20,000 bases of DNA, from the IMG/VR virus record IMGVR_UViG_3300022562_000410; one strand, 5' to 3'. Under the pieces are notes generated by a model. It was not told where the DNA came from, did no database searches, and worked only from the letters and a program-made list of their open reading frames with translations. A program made the translations under genes and the position numbers. Shown one piece after another: positions 8,953 through 16,200 of the stretch. Each line of letters opens with the position of its first letter. Position 1 is the stretch's first letter. The stretch comes from an uncultured virus (IMG/VR IMGVR_UViG_3300022562_000410) (taxonomy: Duplodnaviria > Heunggongvirae > Uroviricota > Caudoviricetes).

Positions 8953-9194
8953 AGGCCGCATTCACCGCCTTCGGCAGGTTTATCGAGAAACTGGTTGAGC
9001 AGCACAAACTGGTGCGCCGTGGGCTGGTTGTTTGGATCGTGGTTGAGATCACATGGGTAGTCGACCGGGTCTTCACCAGCCCGCACGAGATTACAGCGCC
9101 GGAGGCTACTGCATTTGGTGTGCTGACCGGCTTGTTGACATTGGTCCTCGGGTTTTACCAACGAACGAGGAGCAAGGAGGACGGGGATAAGTGA
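8949..9194 (+). CDS. Putative holin (two transmembrane helices)
   Basis: ATGA overlap with the endolysin stop; hydrophobic GLVVWIVVEITWVV and AFGVLTGLLTLVLGFY; charged tail QRTRSKEDGDK; sits between endolysin and spanins. Confidence 0.7.
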   Translation: MKAAFTAFGRFIEKLVEQHKLVRRGLVVWIVVEITWVVDRVFTSPHEITAPEATAFGVLTGLLTLVLGFYQRTRSKEDGDK

Positions 9195-9607
9195 GCGCTT
9201 TGGATTTAGCTAAAGGTCTGCTGGGCAAGGCCAACCCCTACGCGATCTACATCAAGTGGGGCGCGATCTTCGCAGTGGCCTTACTGGCTTTCTTCTATGT
9301 GCGGGGTGCTGAGCAAGCCAAGGCTGACGTAATCACCCTGTCAAGTGATTTAGATGAAGCGCAGGCGAACACACGCAAGAATCAAGAAGCCTTCGAAACC
9401 TGTTCCGCTGCCAATGAAGCGAACCGGGCGGAGGCCGAGCGCCAGCGGCACTTAGTCATGGTGGCTGAGGCCCGGATAGAGATGATGCGGCGACAAGCCG
9501 ATATCAAAGTAGAGGATATAAACCATGAGGTGGGAACCTTCCGTAGCGCTGGGCTTGAGTGCCCTGCTCTCACTGATGATTTTCGTCAGTGGGTGCGCGG
9601 CTCCTAA
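9191..9607 (+). CDS. Inner-membrane spanin (Rz-like i-spanin)
   Basis: GTG start after GGAGGACGGGGA; N-terminal TM WGAIFAVALLAFFYV followed by an Ala/Glu/Arg-rich coiled coil; 3' end overlaps a lipoprotein gene. Confidence 0.8.
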   Translation: MSALDLAKGLLGKANPYAIYIKWGAIFAVALLAFFYVRGAEQAKADVITLSSDLDEAQANTRKNQEAFETCSAANEANRAEAERQRHLVMVAEARIEMMRRQADIKVEDINHEVGTFRSAGLECPALTDDFRQWVRGS

Positions 9608-9839
9608 GCCGATAACCGTCTACGAAACCAAGGAGGTCGTGCGGGACCGGTATGTCCCTATCGACCCCTCCTTGACCGCCCCGGTGGATATAATCACCTT
9701 GTCGGAGGACTTCGATCTGTACGCACTGGGGGCGGCGTACAAGGCCCAGAGAGTTCGTGCCGAACAGTGCAACGGCCAGCTTGCGGAGATCGCCAAGCTG
9801 GGCAATTCAATGAAACGAGAGGACCAATTCCATGAATAG
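9525..9839 (+). CDS. Outer-membrane lipoprotein spanin (Rz1-like o-spanin)
   Basis: AGAGGA RBS at 9511-9516; signal peptide with lipobox VSG-C (Cys24); Pro-containing region then CNGQLAEI; overlaps the i-spanin by 83 nt in another frame. Confidence 0.85.
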   Translation: MRWEPSVALGLSALLSLMIFVSGCAAPKPITVYETKEVVRDRYVPIDPSLTAPVDIITLSEDFDLYALGAAYKAQRVRAEQCNGQLAEIAKLGNSMKREDQFHE

Positions 9840-10365
9840 CAAGATAAAGATCATCACCGCCGACACCAACCGGGAACAGATCGAGGCATTGCTCGATCAG
9901 AAAGAACTGATCGACGCGCAGATACGCCAGTTGCGCTACGAAGAGCTGCACCCGCCGATTCAGGAATACCCGGATTTCGAGAGTGTTGAGTTCACCATGC
10001 TCGACACACTGGAGCCATACAACAACCTGAACATGACCCGCAAGGTGACGATGCATTTCATCGTTGCTGGCAAGGAATATACGTGGTCGAATCAGCAGGA
10101 GATGCCGGACTTTCAGGCCATTGCTTCTGGCGTGCAGGACATCGATGCCGATACATGGATCATCGAGCTGCCGAAGATCGAGTGGAAAGAGGACATGTCC
10201 ACAGAAGACAGAGCCATCGTGATTGGCCGCTTCGAGCGATACAAGGGCGGCTTGCGCGACAACCTGCGGATGTGCCCTCAGGAGCTGAAGGACGCATACA
10301 CCCGGACGCATGTCATGCCGAAGCGCCGAGCCGTATACTACGTTTACCCGGTAGCGATGCCGTAG
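9832..10365 (+). CDS. Hypothetical protein (177 aa)
   Basis: GAGGA RBS upstream; typical codon bias; soluble composition; no motif recognised. Confidence 0.7.
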   Translation: MNSKIKIITADTNREQIEALLDQKELIDAQIRQLRYEELHPPIQEYPDFESVEFTMLDTLEPYNNLNMTRKVTMHFIVAGKEYTWSNQQEMPDFQAIASGVQDIDADTWIIELPKIEWKEDMSTEDRAIVIGRFERYKGGLRDNLRMCPQELKDAYTRTHVMPKRRAVYYVYPVAMP

Positions 10366-10390
10366 GTCGAACACCAACAGGGACGTAGCC

Positions 10391-11278
10391 ATGAGTGGTC
10401 TAGTCAATTCGGTCAAGAAGGTCTTCAAGAAGGCGACCAACTTCGTGAAGAAATACTGGAAGCCAATTCTTGCAGCCGTCGCCATTTACTTCACGGCAGG
10501 GGTGGCCCTGTCCTACTTTGGGAGTACCGCTGGCTTTGCCAGCAGCTTACCGGGGTTCGGAACAGGGGGCCTATTCAGCAAGGCTGCTGTCTGGATGGGC
10601 TTCAACGGGACGGCAGGCAGCGGACTCTTCAACACTGCGGTGGCTGCGGGCAAGATCGCCCCAGCCATCGCCACAACCGCTAACACTACGGGCGTGCTCG
10701 CGGCGGATACCGGAGCGATCGGCGCAGGTGGTAGCAGTGGTGGCCTGTTTGTCAACCCAGTGACGGGCGAGGCTGGGGCCAAGGCTTCCGCTTCCATGCT
10801 GGCTGGCGGAGGCGGGGCTGCTGCCGGGGGTGGTGGTGGCGCACTGGTCGCGCAGCAGGCCACCCAGTCCGCAACCGAAAGCGCACTGGTCAAGGCGCTG
10901 GAAACCCAGACCAAGCTCAGCATGGTCAAGATGGGAATCGACACGGTGTCCGGCCTGTTGGCTCCTGATCCGTACGAAGAGGCCCGCAAGATGCACGATC
11001 TGCAATACGCCTCTTCTTTCGGCGTAGACCGGCAGGGCAATGATACCTTTGGCTGGGGTAAGAGCGACAGCGCGGCTGGCTGGGCCAACATGAATAAACG
11101 ACAGTCCGGGTTTGGTTCCAATGTGGGCTACGGAATGTCGTCCGACCAGAGCCAGTTCCGTGAAGCCCAGTTCGTGCCAACCCAGCACGAGCAGAACAAC
11201 CCATATGGTCAGATGAAGCCACAGCAACCACCCGGACAGCCTGCCTTTGTGCAGCCGAGCATGAACCGGAGAGCGTAA
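10391..11278 (+). CDS. Putative DNA-ejection/pilot internal virion protein (295 aa)
   Basis: AGGGA RBS; Lys-rich amphipathic N-terminus, hydrophobic helix, long Gly/Ala tracts and Gln/Pro tail. This architecture resembles podovirus small ejection proteins (P22 gp7-like by analogy only). Confidence 0.6.
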   Translation: MSGLVNSVKKVFKKATNFVKKYWKPILAAVAIYFTAGVALSYFGSTAGFASSLPGFGTGGLFSKAAVWMGFNGTAGSGLFNTAVAAGKIAPAIATTANTTGVLAADTGAIGAGGSSGGLFVNPVTGEAGAKASASMLAGGGGAAAGGGGGALVAQQATQSATESALVKALETQTKLSMVKMGIDTVSGLLAPDPYEEARKMHDLQYASSFGVDRQGNDTFGWGKSDSAAGWANMNKRQSGFGSNVGYGMSSDQSQFREAQFVPTQHEQNNPYGQMKPQQPPGQPAFVQPSMNRRA

Positions 11279-12105
11279 TGCCAGAGTTCATTCCCCAAGG
11301 ACAGGCCCCTCAGGGGCAAGGTGGGCAGGAGATGGTGGCCCCAGCTCCCGCCCAATTCCTCTCGCCTCAGCAATCCGCCCAGATGGCCCAGACCGGCATG
11401 CAGGCGCAGGGTCAGCCACAGGCCCCTCCGGGCGCTCCGGTGGGGGCTGGCATGGGTGCGACGCAGGAGGACCCGTTCAACGCGCCCGAGGAGCCAGCAA
11501 CAGACGAAGAGGAGCAGCAGTTCGAGGACCTGTTCATCCGTACCATTGCCGCCGTCAATGACAACCGCAAGCCACCGAAGGGTCGGCGCTCGCTGGCTGA
11601 TGAGGTGGTCAGGCAGTTGTCGCAGAAAGGCAAGGAGGCCTACATCGTCATCGGCGATACAGCAGGCCTGATCATGACCCAGATGGTGGATAACGCGAAG
11701 CGTCAGGGGGTGCAGTACGAAGGCTCGGTCGTCATGCAGGCTGGCATGGGCCTTATCGGTGAGTTGATCAAGATTGCCCGTATGTCCGGCGCGATCAAGA
11801 ACCTACCAGAAGAGGATTCGGAAGAGGAGCAAAAGCTGGTTGAGCTGGCCGCGTTGCAGGGATCGAAGTATTTCGGTGAGTATCAGCTCTCCACCGGGCA
11901 GGCTGATCAGATGGGGCATCGCAAGGAGCTGGACGAGCAGATGCAGCGCGAGGCTGACTCAGGGCAGCTCGATGACTGGGGCATGGAGCAGATGAGCCCC
12001 GACATCCGGGCCTCTCTGATGCAACAGATCGGCGGAGGTGGTGGGCAGGGGCCGCAGCCATCGCCGCAGCCACAGGCCCCACAGGGAATGCAGGGAGCAC
12101 GCTGA
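11278..12105 (+). CDS. Putative internal virion protein (275 aa), Gln/Pro/Gly-rich termini with helical core
   Basis: TAATG coupling and GGAG RBS; low-complexity ends; lies within the ejection-like cluster. Confidence 0.6.
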   Translation: MPEFIPQGQAPQGQGGQEMVAPAPAQFLSPQQSAQMAQTGMQAQGQPQAPPGAPVGAGMGATQEDPFNAPEEPATDEEEQQFEDLFIRTIAAVNDNRKPPKGRRSLADEVVRQLSQKGKEAYIVIGDTAGLIMTQMVDNAKRQGVQYEGSVVMQAGMGLIGELIKIARMSGAIKNLPEEDSEEEQKLVELAALQGSKYFGEYQLSTGQADQMGHRKELDEQMQREADSGQLDDWGMEQMSPDIRASLMQQIGGGGGQGPQPSPQPQAPQGMQGAR

Positions 12106-12106
12106 C

Positions 12107-13255
12107 ATGGGTCTGAACTGGTACGGTGGCGCTCAGGGCGCGTCAAAGGGTCTGGAGACCTTGCTTGGTGTTCAGTCAAAGAATATCGACATGCTCTACG
12201 ATCAGGTAACGCGAGAGAATCACGATCGCTTTGCCTCCGCCGAGGCCGAGAAGCAACGACAGTTTGTGAAGGAACAGGCCGACACCGAGTGGAGTCGGAA
12301 GATGCCGCTCGAATACGGCAAGCTGAACCTGCAGGGACAGCAGATCGAAGCCACTAATAAGTTGCAGCAGGCTCAGCTTGAGGCGACCACGGCGTACCAG
12401 AACGCCAACATTGGCATTCAGCAGCAGCGCAATGAGATGACCGGTCTGGCCAATGCCGCCACCGCCGAGTCCAGACGAGCGACTAATGCCCGCGAGCAGG
12501 CAGCGGATGATCAGAAGACACTGGATGCGATCAACGAGAAGATCGCTGCAGCCGAAAAGGACATTGTGTCTACCCCAGAACAGCGCCAGTCCGACATCAA
12601 CTATTGGAAGGAGCAGCGCCAGCTCGTAACGGAATACGGGGCCGATGGTGCGATGGACTTCACCAAGATACAGAGCATCATGGCTGGCCACCCACAGACC
12701 GAGTACTACGGGCGGGCCTATGCCCTGATGAAACCCGAGGAGCGGCGGAACGTGGACCGGGAGGCTCTGCGCCTTCAGAGAGACAAGAAGGCGGATGGCC
12801 GTCGCCAAGCCTACGCCATGGCGATCGACGCTGTGATGGGAGAAGGGGAGGCCCAGACCCCTGCCAAAGAGGAGAAACCGCCTCAGAATCGATCTGAGGG
12901 GCAGGGGCAGGCCACTCCAAAGGCTGAGACACCTGAAAAAAAGACTCAGCCCCAATTCACTGATCTTCCCGCGAAACCTCCGGGCTATGATTTCTCGGCT
13001 GAGAAGGGGATGACCCGTGAACAGCGAATCGCTGCCCAGAACACTGCGGCAGTGGCGACCAGTAAGTACAAGAAGGCCACCAAGGCGCAGGTTGAGGCGC
13101 TGGCCAAGGAGCTGGCCAAGAAGGACGGTTTTCAGATGTGGGGCATGCTGTTCCGTGGTCAGCGGAACAAGTACCTTGAGATGGCTCAGGAACAGATCGA
13201 CAAAGCTCCTCGCGAGGACACGAGGTTTATCGCTGCTAGTGGTGGGTCGAAATAG
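12107..13255 (+). CDS. Putative ejection/internal virion protein, coiled-coil (382 aa)
   Basis: Start reassigned to ATG 12107 (AGGGAG at 12092-12097, 1 nt after the upstream stop). Gly-rich start MGLNWYGGAQGASKGL, then long Q/E/A/K helices. Confidence 0.65.
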   Translation: MGLNWYGGAQGASKGLETLLGVQSKNIDMLYDQVTRENHDRFASAEAEKQRQFVKEQADTEWSRKMPLEYGKLNLQGQQIEATNKLQQAQLEATTAYQNANIGIQQQRNEMTGLANAATAESRRATNAREQAADDQKTLDAINEKIAAAEKDIVSTPEQRQSDINYWKEQRQLVTEYGADGAMDFTKIQSIMAGHPQTEYYGRAYALMKPEERRNVDREALRLQRDKKADGRRQAYAMAIDAVMGEGEAQTPAKEEKPPQNRSEGQGQATPKAETPEKKTQPQFTDLPAKPPGYDFSAEKGMTREQRIAAQNTAAVATSKYKKATKAQVEALAKELAKKDGFQMWGMLFRGQRNKYLEMAQEQIDKAPREDTRFIAASGGSK

Positions 13256-13289
13256 CAGCCTATTAAAGCCCTGACGGGCTGGGACAGGC

Positions 13290-16200
13290 ATGGACAAGGA
13301 TTATTCGTCGTTTGCGGAAGATAAAACCTATACGCAGGAAACGGAAGCTCCACCTTTAACCGCATCAGCAGCGCTAGAGATACCAGAATCAAGCGACTAT
13401 TACTCGTCGTTTTCTAGCGATATCGACTATACCAAGGGCCCCGAACCAGCTCAGGGTGCGCCGGGAGAAGAACCCTCTTTCCTGAAGAACCTCGTCGCTG
13501 AGTGGGGTGTTGGTTCCGGTCAGCTCGCTCAAGGTATCGGGCAACTGATGGACGACTGGCTCGGATGGAAGAGCGGAGCTGAATTCGTCCGCAACGCAGG
13601 GCAGCGAGCCGAGGAGTACTGGAAAGGCTCGATCCCCGAGGACGAGTGGAACCGGATCGAGAAGGAGACTCAGAAGAACTTTATGACCCTCAAGGACGAG
13701 GGCGACTGGTGGAACCCCATGGACTGGGAGCGGGGCGACATGGGTCTCGAAGGCTTGCTCTATATGGGCATGCAGTCCATGCCAGCCACGGTGGCCACCA
13801 TGCCGATCGCCGGACTTGGTGGTAAGTTGGGGATGGCTGCGATCAGCAAGATACCGGGCGTATCCAAGCTGATAACCACTTCTAAGGTCGGAAAACTAGC
13901 TGAGGCGGCTGGCGGATCGGCGGAAGCGATCAAGGCCGGGAAGCGGGCCGATAAGATTCTAAACCGGATTCAGGGAACCCTCATGGGCACTACCTATGGT
14001 GGCGCTGAGGGCGCGATTTCGGCTGGCCAGACGGGCTACCAAATCAATCAGCAGGTTGACAACATGCGGTTCGAGGACCTGCTGTTGAAAAGTGACTATG
14101 CCCGGAACGTATACGAGGCCCACATCGCCGAGGGTATGGACCCTGAGGAGGCGGCGAACCAGACACGGGAAATGGTCAAGGAGAAGGCCAGATCAGACGC
14201 CATGTGGAAGACCATGGTCACCACAAGCGCTCTGGGCGCTCCCATGGGCATGTTCTTCTCCTCCGTGCTGCTCAGGACACCATGGGCTAAGGCTTTCGCT
14301 TCCGGCAAGGTGGCTGGATTGGTTGAGGGCGCAGCAGGTGAGGCCGCACAGGAGACTTTGCAATCGGCCTTTGAGCAGTATTGGCAGAACGAGGCGACAC
14401 AGAAGTATGCGGACAAGACGATCAAGCTCTCCGATGGTGTGTTCGAGGCTGCTCTCACAGGTGGTATTGTCGGCGGTGTTCTGGGTGGCGCTTTCGGCGT
14501 GGCTGGTACGCCAACTAAGGCTCAGGCCCAGAGGGAAGAAACCCGCACCCAGAACCTGAAGGACAACCTGAAGGTTGAGGTGCATTCACGACTGGCCGCT
14601 TCTAGTCTGATGCAGAACTATGGCAAGACGCCAGAGCAGGCTACTGAGATTATCACCCCGATTATGCAGCGCTACTCGGAAACCAGAAATCTGGTTGAGG
14701 CGGCTGCTGACCTGAAGTTCCTTGAGATGACAGGTCGTACTCGTGAGCGTGGCCTTGATAATGTTGGGCAGGCCCAGCCGGATTACGGCGACCTCGATGT
14801 CAGTGTTGAAGAGGAGGCTGGGCAGGAGCGCAACGGCCACACCCTGAAGTACCCAGCCGGGAAGATCAACGGCACGGTCGGCGCTGACGGCATGAACGTC
14901 GATATCGTTGGTCCGGGCACCGGCAATCGCATCTACATCGCCGAGAAGTTGGCCCCTGATGGTACCTTCGAGCAGCACAAGGTCCTGTATGGCTTCGAAA
15001 ATGAAGAGCAGGCCATGGATGCGTTCTACAGCACATGGGGCCGGGACGACGCCGACAACCTCGGCAACCTGACTGAGGTTAACAATCAGGAGCTGAACGA
15101 CGCTCTGGCCCGCTGGACACGTGACTATGGAACTGAACTGGGACCAGCCACCGATGAGCCGCTGACGCCAGAAGAGGACCTCGCGCTTCGCAAGGATGAA
15201 GACTTGCAGGTTGGCATCGAGGATGTCCAGTCCCAGCTTGATTATGTACAGAACGAGGACGGCTCTTACCCGACCGAAGCTGAGCCTCTGCTCAACCGCC
15301 TGAAGGTGCTACAGGAAGAGAAACAGCGCCGGATCAACTCTGGTGAGTGGCAGCAAGAAGCGGGCGTGGAACAGCCCGTGGAACAAGGTGAACAGGGTTC
15401 CCAGCCAGAGGGCGAAAATCAAGCAACCACACAGGTTTCAGAGGAAGCTCCACGTGGAACAGAAGGGGGTGAAACACCACTCAGCCTGCGCGAGGGTGGC
15501 CGTACCATGCGCGGGCCATACCCGGAGCGGATACGGCCTTCCGAGGCTGCTGGTGCTGGTGAGAGGGCGGTCGATGTCGATTTCTTGCATCTCTCTCGCG
15601 AACCTGATCTGCAGGTATTGAAGGGCGAGAAGGCTAGCACCTCCGCCGTCCGGCGTACGCGAGCCAAGGTGGGTCGTGAAGCCACTGCCAATCGAGTTTA
15701 CATCTACGCCCAGCAAGAGAAGGCGATGGGTGGCCGTTCTGTTAGTGGCAATGAGTCCGTTGTCTCTCGGGCCTCGGATCAGGTCTACAGCGGGACCGCT
15801 ACCAACCTGTACGACTTTGATGCTGATCCGCTGAACCTGCTGCAGGGGGCAAAGATGCCCTCTGAAAGCATGGAAGCCGCCATCCTCAAGGCGGGTTACG
15901 ACGGTTGGTACTACGAGAAGTTCCCGAAAATACATGGCGGCATGGGCGTCATCCTCAACAAGGATGTGGCGGCGATGTATCACGGTCGCGCCCAGAAGGT
16001 TAAGGAGCTGTTGCGCGAGCCGAGCATGTTCCAACATCTGGTCGCGTGGGAAACCATCCCCGGCAGTGCCTCCCCATTTGCCGCAGCCACCTCTCTGCTG
16101 ACCCCGGCAGAAGCTCAGGTGCTGAACGAGAAGCTGCTGCTCGGCGTGGTGATCCAGAAAGACCTCCGTAGTGATATGCTGGCCTCGGCCATGGGACTTC

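Noticed and set aside
8943..8954. Lambda S-like dual start for the holin (GTG-GCG-ATG)
   Set aside because: The extension has no basic residue, the GTG has no good RBS, and the ATGA overlap favours a single start at 8949.
9694..10485. 263-aa minus-strand ORF
   Set aside because: Overlaps three + strand genes with good RBSs; no recognisable features.
12038..12106. Upstream start for the 405-aa ORF
   Set aside because: Overlaps the previous gene and encodes an Arg/His shadow peptide; ATG 12107 has a strong RBS.
12176..13297. 373-aa minus-strand ORF
   Set aside because: Antisense to a well-supported + gene; L/G/R-rich shadow composition expected from high-GC3 coding; no motifs.
15343..15621. 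+1-frame 92-aa ORF in a low-GC3 linker
   Set aside because: No convincing RBS or motif; low-complexity linker composition explains the codon pattern.
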